Assembly: GCA_963579555.1 (NCBI GenBank)
Contig: CAUZHA010000010.1
Location: 133-64,132, forward strand
Length of the DNA: 64,000 nt
Origin: Planctomycetes bacterium UBA1146
GTDB lineage: Bacteria; Planctomycetota; UBA8108
Direction of reading: 5' to 3'
The position numbers and the translations under genes were made by a program. This document shows, piece after piece, positions 9,593 through 21,900 of this stretch (the first letter of the stretch is position 1; each line of letters starts with the position of its first letter). The notes beneath the pieces were generated by a model. That model was not told where the DNA came from. It saw only the letters and a program-made list of their open reading frames with translations, and made no database searches.

Positions 9593-10174
9593 TCAGCTCG
9601 AATGAATTCGGGGGCCGGAGGGCAGGGAGGCTATGAGCTGTCCCTCAAACCGGCGTAATTCTTCGAGGCGCTCGAGGGTTCGGCTCTCACCGGCGTGATC
9701 CACTCCGAGCTCGACGAAGAGCCTGTAATGGCCGACCTCGCTGGCGTAGAGGTCTTCGTAGAAGTTGCCCAGGGTCGAGCCGCGCAGCTCCTTCGCCAGC
9801 AGCTGGAAGCGCTCGGCGCTTCGCGCCTCGATGAGGCTGCAGATAAGCAGCTTATCGAGGAAGCTGGCCCGGCCGTCCTTGTGGATGAAGCGTCGCAGGC
9901 CGATGGCGTAGGGGTTGCCGCCGCGCGGCTGGGTGGCGGGCGGATAGTCCTCGAGCAGCTTCTCGACCTGGTTGAAGTGGTCCTCTTCTTCCGCCGCCAG
10001 CTCTTCCATCAGCTTGACGAGCGAGGGCTTCTCTTCACCGTGGCGGCGGGCGATCGCCATCGCCATGGCGGCGGCCTTCTGTTCACAGAAAAGGTGGTCA
10101 AGGAGCAGGGCGCCAGGCTCTTCGAGCGCGCGGCTGGCCCAACCCTCGGGGGTGTTGTAGCGCAGGCCGAGCAT
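9593..10174 (-). CDS. miaE: tRNA-(ms2io6A)-hydroxylase MiaE-like di-iron protein
   Basis: LLDHLFCEQKAA, EEEDHF, LIEARSAERF and SEVGHY carboxylate/His di-iron motifs. Confidence 0.88.
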   Translation of the reverse strand: MLGLRYNTPEGWASRALEEPGALLLDHLFCEQKAAAMAMAIARRHGEEKPSLVKLMEELAAEEEDHFNQVEKLLEDYPPATQPRGGNPYAIGLRRFIHKDGRASFLDKLLICSLIEARSAERFQLLAKELRGSTLGNFYEDLYASEVGHYRLFVELGVDHAGESRTLERLEELRRFEGQLIASLPSGPRIHSS

Positions 10175-10177
10175 GCC

Positions 10178-11995
<1,818 letters not shown>

Positions 11996-11999
11996 GGGG

Positions 12000-12299
12000 T
12001 TATTCCTCCGGCTCCCCGTTGCCGTCCGCGGATGCGGCCGTCGCAGTGATCTCCTGCTCTTCGAGCTCGCCGGCATATTCGTTGTCGAGACGGTTCAGCA
12101 GGATGGCGTAGATGAGGATCAGGAGGATGAAGACGATGATGCTGCCCTGCTGGGCAAACCAGAAACCCAGGGGGAAGCCGCCGAGGCTGAACTGGTTGAG
12201 CCAGTCAGCGAAGAGAACGCCGCAGCCAAGCCCTACGAAGGCCCAGATCGCCAGGAGGACGATCATGATCGTTACGTTCTTACGCCAGTAGCCCTGCAT
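12000..12299 (-). CDS. DUF4212 small membrane subunit of the solute:sodium symporter
   Basis: YWRKN...GFPLGFWFAQQGSIIVF signature; GGAG RBS upstream; lies directly upstream of the SSS gene. Confidence 0.92.
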   Translation of the reverse strand: MQGYWRKNVTIMIVLLAIWAFVGLGCGVLFADWLNQFSLGGFPLGFWFAQQGSIIVFILLILIYAILLNRLDNEYAGELEEQEITATAASADGNGEPEE

Positions 12300-12406
12300 T
12301 TGAATACTCCAGCCTGCCGGGGAGAAGCCTCCCGGAGAACATCAGCGAGGGCTCATGGTACAGATGGAGTCGTGGAGGCGCAAGCGGGGGTTGCGTCCGG
12401 AGCGGC

Positions 12407-14599
12407 TCAGAATTTCCAGTCGATCCCGATGATCGCGTTCAGACCCGATTCGTTCTGGCCTGAGCCGTGAGTCCTGTAGTCCTTATCGGAGATGTTCTCC
12501 AATCCCAGGAAGAGGTCGAAATCTTCGAAGAGCTCCTTGCCTCCTCGAATCGAGATGACGCTGAAGCCAGGGGTTCCGCCGGGGGGGATGCGCTGGGTGT
12601 CGGTGACGTCCCTGGCGGAGAACTTGTCCTGTCCCTTGACCATGGTGAGGGTTCCCTCGACCCACCAGCTTTCATCTTCGGAGGTCCAGCGGATCCCCAG
12701 CAGGCCTGTCAGCGGCATCAGGCGGCTGAGGGGCTCCGGGTTACCGGTGGCCGGATTGTCGGCTTCACCATCGAGCCAGGCGAGGGCTCCGAAGACGCTC
12801 ATCCGCTTTGCGACAAGCCAGGAGCCTCCGAGCTCGAAACCGCGAACGAATCCATCGGCGGAGTTTTCCTTGGTCACCACGGGTAGCCCGTCAATGACTT
12901 CGCCGGTCGGAGACCTGACGATCAGGCCGTCGATGAAGTTGTGGTGGATTGCGGCGTAGGCCTCGAAGTTGTCGCGGGAAATTCGAGTTCCCAATTCCAG
13001 GGAGGTGTATTTTTCAGGTTCGAGTCCCGGGGCGGGAACCTCGAGCTCGCCGCTGCGGGAGACGTCGAAGCGCGTCAGGTCGGAGAGATTGGGCGCGCGA
13101 AATCCTTCCGAGACGCCGCCGTAGAGGTTCCAGCCGTCATTGATCCGGTATGTGGCCCGGAGGCTTCCAACCGCGGCCGAAAAATTTTCGGAGATGGCGG
13201 CGATGTCATGTGTATCCGTGGGGTCCGGATCTACGACGCCGGCATCCGCGCTGGCATAGTTGAGACGCCCGCCCGCGGTGAGCTCGAACCTGTCAGAGAG
13301 GCTGAAGACATCCTGTGCGTAGATACCGAGCAGGTCGTAGGTCGCATCGTCGGCAACCGGTCCTCTTGGACGCTGGACCCTGAGGGAGCCATCGGTCTCG
13401 TATTCGCTGAAGAAGGAGTCGATGGAGTCGCGGTAATATTCGACTCCCAGCGTCAGGAGGCCGAGATCAGAGTCTTTCTCGGCCTGGATGAAGCTGCCGA
13501 GGACATCGTCATTAAAGCCCTGTCTTCTCAGCCTGCCGTTGGAGGATACCCTCTTCTCGGTTTCATCGTGCTGGTGGCTCGAGAGACTGAGGGTTACGCG
13601 GTCCAGCAAGTCGGAAGAGGTCGGCACCCAGTGTGCCTGGACATAGGTGAGGCGACGGGCCTGGTCGAAGTCGCGTCTGAGATCCGAGCCGATCGTGGTT
13701 CCCCGGTAGCTTTTCGAGTGGATGGTCGAGTGAGTTCTCGGGGCGTCATCCATTTCCATTTTCTGAAAGGCAAAGACCACCTCGAGCTCCTCCGTGGGGT
13801 AGAGCAGGATCTTGGCATCTCCATCAAACCGGTCGTAGCCGGTATTCGGGAGCGCGCCGGTGTTTCCCCCGGCCTGGAGGTTGCCGAAATCGCGCGAGCT
13901 GAGTCCCAGCAGGACGGCGGAGTTTCTGGTGAGGGCGAAGTTGTATTCATATCGCGAGGTGAGGGAACGCTCGGCGCTCGAGTGGAGGAGGTAAAGCCGG
14001 TGGCCGTCCCCACTTCGATAGTAAGGAGAATCAAGAACGGAAGGACTCTTGGAGATGGCGTTGACGGTTCCACCGATCGCGTCGCTTCCATAGAGGACAG
14101 AAGCGGGCCCCTTGAAGACCTCGATCCGGTCGAGGGTCAGGGGATCTACGGTGCCCCAGTACTGGTTGGGGCCGCTTCGCATCGCCGCATGGTTGAGCCG
14201 GATTCCATCGACGAGCAGGAGAGTCCGAAAGCCCGTGAAGCCGCGGATGTAGGGAGAGCCCTGGCCACGGCTGGTTTTCTGGACAAGGACGCCGGGCACC
14301 TCGGCGAGGGCCTCGGGAAGGGTTCGGTAGGCACGCCTGCGGGCGAGATAGTCCTCCGAGAGCGATTCGACGGTCGATGGCACCTCAAAGATCTCGTCTT
14401 CGGTTCGTCGGCCGATCACGATCGTGACGTTGGCAGGGTCTTGATCGTCTCCAGCCGCCTTGGCGGGTTCTTCAGCCTGCTTCTCACGCGGGGGACTGGC
14501 CGAGTCCTGCCCCTTGAGGGCGGGTGCCCAGGCGGTGATGGAACCTGCTGTGATGAGGCCGCAAAGCAGGAAGGTCTTGAGAGAGGTTGTCTGAATCAT
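12407..14599 (-). CDS. TonB-dependent outer-membrane receptor
   Basis: Signal peptide; plug motifs SPYIRG, LLLVDGIRLN and IEVFKGPASVLYGSDAIGGTVN; C-terminal aromatic WKF. Confidence 0.95.
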   Translation of the reverse strand: MIQTTSLKTFLLCGLITAGSITAWAPALKGQDSASPPREKQAEEPAKAAGDDQDPANVTIVIGRRTEDEIFEVPSTVESLSEDYLARRRAYRTLPEALAEVPGVLVQKTSRGQGSPYIRGFTGFRTLLLVDGIRLNHAAMRSGPNQYWGTVDPLTLDRIEVFKGPASVLYGSDAIGGTVNAISKSPSVLDSPYYRSGDGHRLYLLHSSAERSLTSRYEYNFALTRNSAVLLGLSSRDFGNLQAGGNTGALPNTGYDRFDGDAKILLYPTEELEVVFAFQKMEMDDAPRTHSTIHSKSYRGTTIGSDLRRDFDQARRLTYVQAHWVPTSSDLLDRVTLSLSSHQHDETEKRVSSNGRLRRQGFNDDVLGSFIQAEKDSDLGLLTLGVEYYRDSIDSFFSEYETDGSLRVQRPRGPVADDATYDLLGIYAQDVFSLSDRFELTAGGRLNYASADAGVVDPDPTDTHDIAAISENFSAAVGSLRATYRINDGWNLYGGVSEGFRAPNLSDLTRFDVSRSGELEVPAPGLEPEKYTSLELGTRISRDNFEAYAAIHHNFIDGLIVRSPTGEVIDGLPVVTKENSADGFVRGFELGGSWLVAKRMSVFGALAWLDGEADNPATGNPEPLSRLMPLTGLLGIRWTSEDESWWVEGTLTMVKGQDKFSARDVTDTQRIPPGGTPGFSVISIRGGKELFEDFDLFLGLENISDKDYRTHGSGQNESGLNAIIGIDWKF

Positions 14600-14613
14600 G
14601 ATGGTGAGACGAA

Positions 14614-14641
14614 ATTATATTTTTTCAGCGGTTTGTTACAA
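14614..14641 (-). promoter_or_regulatory. Sigma70 promoter of the TonB receptor / SSS cluster
   Basis: Minus strand TTGTAA-N16-TATAAT in an AT-rich gap, 14 nt upstream of the ATG at 14599. Confidence 0.65.
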
Positions 14642-14672
14642 AAAAAAAGACTGGCGGATTGTTAAGAATTTA

Positions 14673-15590
14673 TTAGAAAACCTCGGCCACCAGGCAGCGG
14701 ACACTCCCCCCGGCTTTTTCGAATTCGCTGACATCCAGGAAATGGATCCGGAAACCCCGGTCTTCGAGAGCCGTCCTGGTTTCTTCTCGAAGAACATTCC
14801 CCGCCGCCTGGCTGAAGAGGAGATCCCTTTCGGTGGCGGCGATGCAGTTGCCGGCGAAGGCGTTTTTTTCGGCCTGCTCCAGCAGCAGCACCCTGTCTCC
14901 GTAAATGGCCCGGAGCGATTTGAGCAGGAATGGGTTCGGGACGGAGCCGGGATGAACGAGGCAGACCTCTCCCGCCGCGATGGCAAGGACGAGGTTCGTA
15001 TGATATTCACCCTCTGCGAGGTCAAAGCGCAGCACTGCATCGAGGCGGAGCGCCTCCGCCATGAGCGCGCAGCCCGTCGCGTCGACCCGCGAACTCATTC
15101 CGCAGAAACCGATGTTTCTTACCCGGTCGATGACCAGCGGGCCGGTCAGCTCCGCGACGCAGTCTTCCGCCGAGAGATCCCGGATTTCGTAGCCCAGGGT
15201 TTCGCTGAAGAAGGCGCGGATGTCTTCCCGTTCGGCCTCTTTTCTCCGTACGGGATGGCGCATGGAGCCGATGACCAGGCGCCCCGGGGTGGTGGCGAAT
15301 ACGTTGTTGGGAAAGACACCATCGTCCTGTCCCGCGATTCCGCTGAAGATGTGCGTCTTGACGCCGAGCTCCTTCAGCTTCGACGCCAGCGCCTCATGCT
15401 GTCGGGAGGCCTTGCCGAGGTCGAGAGGGAGCCTCGTTTTCATGTAGGGGTTGTCAGCGGCGGACTCCTCGCTGAGGCGGAGCCCTTCGGGAGAAACGAG
15501 CAGGGCGGCCTTCATTACTGCAGGGGGCCCAGCGGGCTGCTCGCCCGCGACCTCGAGGAAACTGTCGGCTGTTGTGTGGATGATGGTCAT
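14673..15590 (-). CDS. Amidinotransferase / arginine deiminase-superfamily hydrolase (DDAH/CtlX-like)
   Basis: VFPNNVF, YHTN and C-terminal EFEKAGGSVRC with catalytic Cys. Start moved to MTIIH (15590) to avoid overlap with nth. Confidence 0.85.
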   Translation of the reverse strand: MTIIHTTADSFLEVAGEQPAGPPAVMKAALLVSPEGLRLSEESAADNPYMKTRLPLDLGKASRQHEALASKLKELGVKTHIFSGIAGQDDGVFPNNVFATTPGRLVIGSMRHPVRRKEAEREDIRAFFSETLGYEIRDLSAEDCVAELTGPLVIDRVRNIGFCGMSSRVDATGCALMAEALRLDAVLRFDLAEGEYHTNLVLAIAAGEVCLVHPGSVPNPFLLKSLRAIYGDRVLLLEQAEKNAFAGNCIAATERDLLFSQAAGNVLREETRTALEDRGFRIHFLDVSEFEKAGGSVRCLVAEVF

Positions 15591-15612
15591 CTGGGGCTTG
15601 CTTTTCCCGGGA

Positions 15613-16290
15613 CTATTTGCGTGTCCTGGAGCGCACGGAACTTTTCTTCGCCTCTTCGGCGATGCGCTTCCTGGTCGCCGCCCAGGAGCAGATGGGGCAT
15701 TCGGTGAGGTCGTGCCTGAGTGCTGGGCAGTGTTCACGGCCGAAGTAGATGATCTGCAGGTGGAGTTTCGCCCAGCTTTCGCGGGGAAAGACGGCCTTCA
15801 GGTCGCGTTCGGTCTTCTCGACGTTCTTCCCGCTGGAGAGTCCCCAGCGGGCCGCCAGGCGGTGGATGTGGGTGTCGACGGGGAAGGCTGGCTGTTCGAA
15901 GGCCTGGATCATGACGACGCTGGCGGTCTTGTGTCCGACGCCGGGGAGAGCCTCGAGCTTCTCCATGTCGGCGGGAACCCGGCCGCCGTGTTCATCCAGG
16001 AGGATCCGCGAGAGGGTGTGGATATTGCGCGCCTTGCCGGGAGCGAGTCCACAGGTGCGAATGGTCGCGAGGATCTCCTCGACCGCCAGCGTCACCATCT
16101 TTCGCGGTGTCGGCGCCCGGCGAAACAGCTCGGGGGTTACCAGGTTGACGCGCTTGTCGGTGGTCTGGGCGGACAGGAGCACCGAAACCAGCAGGGTATA
16201 GGGATCCTTATGGTCGAGGGGGATCGGGGGATCCTCGTAGAGCCCATCCAGGATGGCGTGGATCTTCTCGGCTTTTTCCAGGCGCTTCAT
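15613..16290 (-). CDS. nth: Endonuclease III
   Basis: LLSAQTTDKRVN, HhH motif LPGVGHKTA, VDTHIHR, and FeS Cys motif C-x6-C-x2-C. Confidence 0.95.
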   Translation of the reverse strand: MKRLEKAEKIHAILDGLYEDPPIPLDHKDPYTLLVSVLLSAQTTDKRVNLVTPELFRRAPTPRKMVTLAVEEILATIRTCGLAPGKARNIHTLSRILLDEHGGRVPADMEKLEALPGVGHKTASVVMIQAFEQPAFPVDTHIHRLAARWGLSSGKNVEKTERDLKAVFPRESWAKLHLQIIYFGREHCPALRHDLTECPICSWAATRKRIAEEAKKSSVRSRTRK

Positions 16291-16344
16291 AGTTCAAAAG
16301 GATACCCGTTCATCGGCCGGTCTTGAAGCGTCCGCGCGCCGCAC

Positions 16345-16812
16345 TCAGCGGTCTTCAAGCGTGGCTAACCACTGGTCGAGGCCGTCCTCGATCACATCCC
16401 GGATTCTTCTGAACTCATCGAGACCCCGGCCGAGAGGATCCTCGATCTCGCCGGCGGACTGGCCCTCGGCACAGAATTCCCAGAGGCGCACGATGGCCCC
16501 GGCCGAGTCCGGGTGTCGACTCAGCAGGTATTCTTCATGCTCAGGCGCCATGACGATGATCGCGAAGGCGTTCACGAGGAGTTCATCCGTTAGTGCGCGG
16601 GAGCGATGATTTTTGAGGTCGAGGCCAGCCTCCTCCAGGGCCCTGACCGAATCCGGATCGGCGGAGTGGTTCTCGATTCCCAGGGTTCCGGCTGAGCCGG
16701 ACGCGAAGGAGAGCTCCTGCGCCTCACTCCTCGAGGCGAGCAGCGCCTCGGCTATGGGAGAGCGGCAGATGTTGCCGCTGCAGACAAAGATGACTCGTTT
16801 TTCGGTGTTCAT
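16345..16812 (-). CDS. Low-molecular-weight protein tyrosine phosphatase
   Basis: P-loop FVCSGNICRSP and IEDP acid loop. Confidence 0.92.
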   Translation of the reverse strand: MNTEKRVIFVCSGNICRSPIAEALLASRSEAQELSFASGSAGTLGIENHSADPDSVRALEEAGLDLKNHRSRALTDELLVNAFAIIVMAPEHEEYLLSRHPDSAGAIVRLWEFCAEGQSAGEIEDPLGRGLDEFRRIRDVIEDGLDQWLATLEDR

Positions 16813-16911
16813 GTCCCTGGTGAGTGATTGCCCGCGTGAGGTGTCTTGCGATATCTTGCTGTACCCGGTCGCGGGGGAACAGGATCGATTTTACAGCACT
16901 GGAGGTAAGGA

Positions 16912-17618
16912 ATGGGAGCGCTCGAGGGAAGGACCGTGGTGGTAACCGGAGCCAGCCGCGGAATCGGCAGGTCGCTGGCGTTGCGGTTGGCCGCCGAGGG
17001 GGCCAGGCTGGGCGTTTGCGGCCGTGACGAGGCCGCGCTCTCGGAGCTCGCGGGAGAGCTCGGGACGCCGGTGGTGACGGCGGCCTTCGATCTCAGCTTC
17101 GAGGCTCCGGGGCTAGAGTTCCTGGAGAGGGTCAGGGCCGAGCTCGGCGGAATCGATGTCCTGGTCAACAACGCGGGCTTCAATCCGCGCAAGGCGCCCC
17201 TGGCGGAGATCGGTACCGACGAGTTCGATTCCATCATGGCGGTGAATCTCAGGGCTCCCTTTCTGCTCATGCGCGAGACAGCCCGGGAGATGAAGGAGAG
17301 GAGAGGGGAGGGGGGCACGTCATCAATATTCTCTCAACCGTGTGCCATAGCGACATGGCGACGATGGGCGCCTACACCGCGGCCAAGGAAGGACTCCGGG
17401 CGCTCACCAACGTATTTCGCAAGGAGGTGCTCGAGGATGGGATCCGGGTGACCGCCGTCTACCCCGGCGGGACAGACACCGATTTCAGGCCCAACCCGAG
17501 GCCCGACTACATGAAGCCCTCGAGCGTCGCCGATGCCGTACTCACTGTTCTGACCCTGCCCGAGGACCTGGTCGTACACGAGCTGACCTTCCGGCCCATG
17601 GTCGAGAACAACTTCTGA
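16912..17618 (+). pseudogene. SDR-family oxidoreductase split by a single frameshift (pseudogene, slippage, or sequencing error)
   Basis: ORF 16912-17451 carries TGASRGIG and NNAG; ORF 17340-17618 carries YTAAK and the C-terminus. Adding one G to the G6 run at 17310-17315 gives ...GEGGHVINILSTVCHSDMATMGAYTAAK. Confidence 0.85.
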
Positions 17619-17622
17619 GGTC

Positions 17623-18792
17623 TCACTCCCGTTCGAAGCTTCGCAGGGCATCCATGTCGACCTCGATGCCGAGGCCGGGCTTGCGCGGGATTGACAGCTT
17701 GCCATCGACGAGCTCGATCTCGTCCTTGACGAGCTCCTTCCTCAGCAGGGAGTCGGTGAGCTCGGCCGGGAGGAATTCAAAGAAGGGGCAGTGCGGGGTC
17801 ACCGTGGCGAGGTGGGCGCTGGCGGCGATGCTGATGCCCGTCTTCCAGCAGTGGGGGATGATCCTGCGTCCGCGCTCGGCTGCCAGGTCACAGACCCGCA
17901 GGGCCTCTGTCAGGCCGCCGACGCGGCCAACGTCGGGCTGGGCGATGTCGATCTTGCCGATGTCCATCAAGTCGATGAACTCGAAGCGGGTGTTTTGCCA
18001 TTCGCCCGCGGCGACAGGCACCGGCGATTCATCGTGCAGCCTGGCGTAGCCGGCGAGGTCATCGATCTGCAGGGGCGTCTCGATGAAGTAGATGTCGAGG
18101 TCACTCCAGTCCTTGAGGGTGTTGAGCGCTCGCTCGACATCGTTCCATGCGTATTGGACGTCGACCATGAGGACGAAGTCCGGCCCAACGGCCTCGCGGC
18201 AGGCGGCGACGACCTCGGTGACTTTTTCATCGGGTTCGTCCATGCCGCTGTGGTTGTAGGGGCCGCTGAGGGTGACCTCCAGCTTGGCGGCGGTGAAGCC
18301 GAGCTCCTTCGCATGCAGCACCCAGGAGACCAGAGACTCCTTGTATTCCGCGTAGCTCTCGCCATTGGGCTGAAGAGATGCGTAGGGATGGATGCTGTCG
18401 CGGGCCTCTTTCCCGGTAAGCTCCCAGCACGGAACCCCGGCCGCCTTGCCCTTGATGTCCCAGAGGGCCATGTCGATCGCTCCCATGGCGCAGATGAGAG
18501 CTCCGCGGCGGCCGTTCATGCAACTGCCGGTGTAGAGTTTTTCCCAGAGGCGCTCATTGTCGAGGGGATCCTCCCCGAGGAGCATCTCCGTCAGGCCCAT
18601 GCCCATGGTGTGGGTGCTGGGAGCTTCGATGCAGGCTCGGGCGATCCAGGGGTTGACGTCGCTCTCGCCGACCCCGGTTATTCCCTCGTCGGTATGCACG
18701 AAGACGACGATGTCATCCTGGGCCGAGGAGGTTGCGTCCTTGCGAACATCGGGCACGAGCAGGACGTGACAATCGATACCGGTTATTTTCAT
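17623..18792 (-). CDS. Mandelate racemase / muconate-lactonizing (enolase superfamily) acid-sugar dehydratase-like enzyme
   Basis: MKITGIDCH start; TDEGITGVGE, AIDMALWDIKGK and KLE motifs; metal ligands in VDVQ, IETP and AGE; PGLGIEVD. Confidence 0.93.
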   Translation of the reverse strand: MKITGIDCHVLLVPDVRKDATSSAQDDIVVFVHTDEGITGVGESDVNPWIARACIEAPSTHTMGMGLTEMLLGEDPLDNERLWEKLYTGSCMNGRRGALICAMGAIDMALWDIKGKAAGVPCWELTGKEARDSIHPYASLQPNGESYAEYKESLVSWVLHAKELGFTAAKLEVTLSGPYNHSGMDEPDEKVTEVVAACREAVGPDFVLMVDVQYAWNDVERALNTLKDWSDLDIYFIETPLQIDDLAGYARLHDESPVPVAAGEWQNTRFEFIDLMDIGKIDIAQPDVGRVGGLTEALRVCDLAAERGRRIIPHCWKTGISIAASAHLATVTPHCPFFEFLPAELTDSLLRKELVKDEIELVDGKLSIPRKPGLGIEVDMDALRSFERE

Positions 18793-18955
18793 CGCTGGTT
18801 TCCTCGAGGTTTTGAGTGCTCCTTTTTTAAGCGGGAGCGGGCGCGAGGGCAAGAGGGGGGCTTGGCGGTTGCAAATCGAACCTCATCGTCGGACACTATC
18901 TGCAGTGGCAAGGATTAAAGAACATTCGCATTCCCTGAACCGAAGGGGCTTCGGC

Positions 18956-21900
18956 ATGAAATTTACGGTATTCCCGGTTTTCCTGTTCCTCTTCCTCGGC
19001 GCGGCCGCCCCGCTTCAGTCCGCGGATTGGCCGACCTACCGCCATGACAACAGCCGCAGTGGCACGACGGCTGAAAAACTCGTCGCTGAAAAGCTCGAGC
19101 TCAATTGGGTTCACCGGGCGGCCCTGGCGCCGCGGCCGGCCTGGGCCGGACCGGCGAAGTGGGATGCCTACGCCGGAATTCGCGGACTGCGGTCGATGCG
19201 CAATTACGATCCAGCCTTCCACGTCATCGTCGTAGATGGCTCGGTTTACTACGGCTCTTCGGCGGATCATGGCGTGCATCGTCTCGATGCGAAGACCGGC
19301 CGGGAAAAATGGGTCTTTTTTACCGATGCCCCGGTTCGGATCGCGCCGACCTGGTATTCGAAGAAACTTTACTTCGGCTCTGATGATGGCTACGCCTACT
19401 GCATCCGGGAACGCGATGGTGAACTGGTCTGGAGGAAGAGGCCTGAACTTCCCGGGCGCCTGATTCTCAACAACGGCAACTTCATTCCGTTCTGGCCCTG
19501 TCGTACCGGGGTGCTGGTGGACAGGGGGCTGGCTTATTTCGGCAATTCCCTCCTGCCATGGAAGGATTCCTATATCAGCGCGGTCAACGCGAGTACCGGC
19601 AAGCCGTCTTCCAGGGGAGGCTTCCTGAAGAAGTACGGAGGCCTGACCCTCGAGGGAGCCCTGCTCGCATCCAGCAGTCGACTCATCGCCCCCCAGGGCC
19701 GGGTGGCGCCCCTGCTTTTTGGCCGGGCGGATGGAGCCAGGCTCGGTTCGCTGGAAGGTGGTGGTGGTTGCTTCGTTCTCCTTACCGATGATTCCAATGT
19801 CCTTCATGGACCGGGCAATAAGACGGGCTGGATCACCGGCAGCAACGAGAAGAGTCGCGGCAAGATCGCCACCTTCAAGAATGGCAACGAGATGATCATT
19901 TCCGGCGATACGGCCTATATGCTGAGCGATCACGCGCTGGCGGCGATGGACCGCAAAAACAAGAAGGGCAAGTGGAGAACCGCGGGCGAGTATTCGCTGA
20001 CCATGATCCTTGCCGGTGATACGGTTTTCGCCGGGGGAATAGACGAGGTGGCCGCTTTCCGTACAAGCGACGGCGAGCAGATCTGGAGGGGCGCGGTAGA
20101 AGGCGGTGTTTATGGCCTTGCGGTAGCCGATGGGGCTCTCTTTGTCAGTACGGACCAGGGCAGGATCGCCTGCTTCAGGGCGGGCAAGGGGAAGCCAGCC
20201 AGGGGGGAAACAGCCGGGAAGAAGGACGAGCTTGCGGTGCTCGACGTTCCCGGGTTCAAGAGTCCGGGGCTTGTCGGTCGTTGGCTGCTGCAGTCCGGCG
20301 CGGTCAAGGGACGCAAGGTATTCGACCTCGCCGGGAAGCAGCACGCCGCGGCGCAGGGGAATCCCCGGCTGGTGAAGTTAGGTGAACACCAGGGGATGAA
20401 TTTCGAAGGACAGATTTCCAGCCTGAGAATTGTCGATGATCACAAGGATGCGAACCTGCCCGTGAAGGCGATCTCGGCGGAGGCCTGGGTCCGGATAGAC
20501 CAGGCGGCTCCCTGGGGTTGTATCATCGGCGCCTTCCAGGACAACGGCAGCTACGAGAAGGGATGGATCCTGGGCTATGTAGGCTCGAAGTTTTCTCTCG
20601 CGATCCAGGGGACCGGCGGCGCGTCGGCGATGACCTACATGACAGCCGACCGGGCTTTCAGGGCCGGGCAGTGGTATCACGTCGTCGGCACCTACGACGG
20701 CGTCGAGATGAGGCTCTATGTCGATGGCAAGCTCGCGGCCGCCGGGAAAGCCCAGAGCGGCCCCATCGATTATCCACCGTCCGCGTTTTACGAGATGGCG
20801 GCCTACCATGACAAAGATGAGTATTTCAGGTTGAGAGGCGCGCTGAACGAGGTCCGGGTCTATAACCGCGCCCTCTCGGCCGCTGAATGCGCCAGGCACA
20901 GCCGATCGAAAAAACTCGAGGGCGGAGGCTCCGGCGGCATCGCGGTCCCCGCCGAACAGCTGCTCACCCTGAAGGCGGGCCCTTTCCTGCATTTTACCTC
21001 TCTGGACACCGCCGTGGTGAATTGGGAGACGGCCGAGGCATCGAGGACGGCTGTTCTTTTCGGGCCAAAGGGTGGGGAGCAGGAGAAGCTCGGGCGTTCC
21101 GGCGCGCGCAGGGAGCACGAGCTCGAGTTCACAGGGCTCGCCCGCAACAGGCTCTATACCTACAGGATCGTGGCGGGAATCGAGGGTAAGGAGCTCAGCA
21201 CGGCAGAGTACGAGTGCGATAATTTTTTTAATCTCACGCTGCCGTCGATGCGAGCCGAGCTGAATCCTTATTCCGGAGCGAAAGACTCGAGCGTGGCGGC
21301 CGACGCCGCCCAGCGAATTCTCGATGAGACAGGAATTGATCAGGGGATCTGCCTCGTGCTTGCCAGTGGAGACGGACGTCTCGCCTGGGAGCTCGCCGTG
21401 CGCAGCCGTCTGCAGGTGGTCGGGGTCGACACGGATGAGAAGGCTGTGGATAAGGCTCGGAGGCTGGCCTACAAGGCGGGCGTCTATGGTGTCAGGCTGA
21501 AGTATTACAAGGTCGACTCCCTCTCGAAGCTGCCTTTTACAGGACACTTTGCCAACCTGGTCGTCTCGGCAGGGATGATCGAGAAGGGGCGCTGCGAGGG
21601 CAGCGCGAGTGAGCTGTTCAGGATACTGCGGCCCGGTGGCGGCATCGCCTACCTGGGACAGCCGGCCGAGCTGAAGCCGACCCTGACAACGACCCGGCTG
21701 GCCTCCTGGTTGAAGCGGGGCGGAGTGGAGTTCAGGTCCATCGAACGCGATGGCTCCTGGGCGGTCGTTCGTCGCGGTCCCCTGGAGGGGGCGGGCTCCT
21801 GGTCGCATCAATACGGCCAGGCAGACAACTCGGCCTTCGGCGGCGAGCAGCTCGCGGGCGCGGCAGGCATCAATGATCTCGATGTCCAGTGGATCGGCCG

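Noticed and set aside
12941-14665. Long antisense ORFs (also 6823-8025, 20378-22759, 31324-33024, 33640-36132, 37225-38667, 52712-54175, 60492-61997)
   Set aside because: They mirror well-supported genes on the other strand, lack recognisable motifs, and are expected from GC3-biased codon usage.
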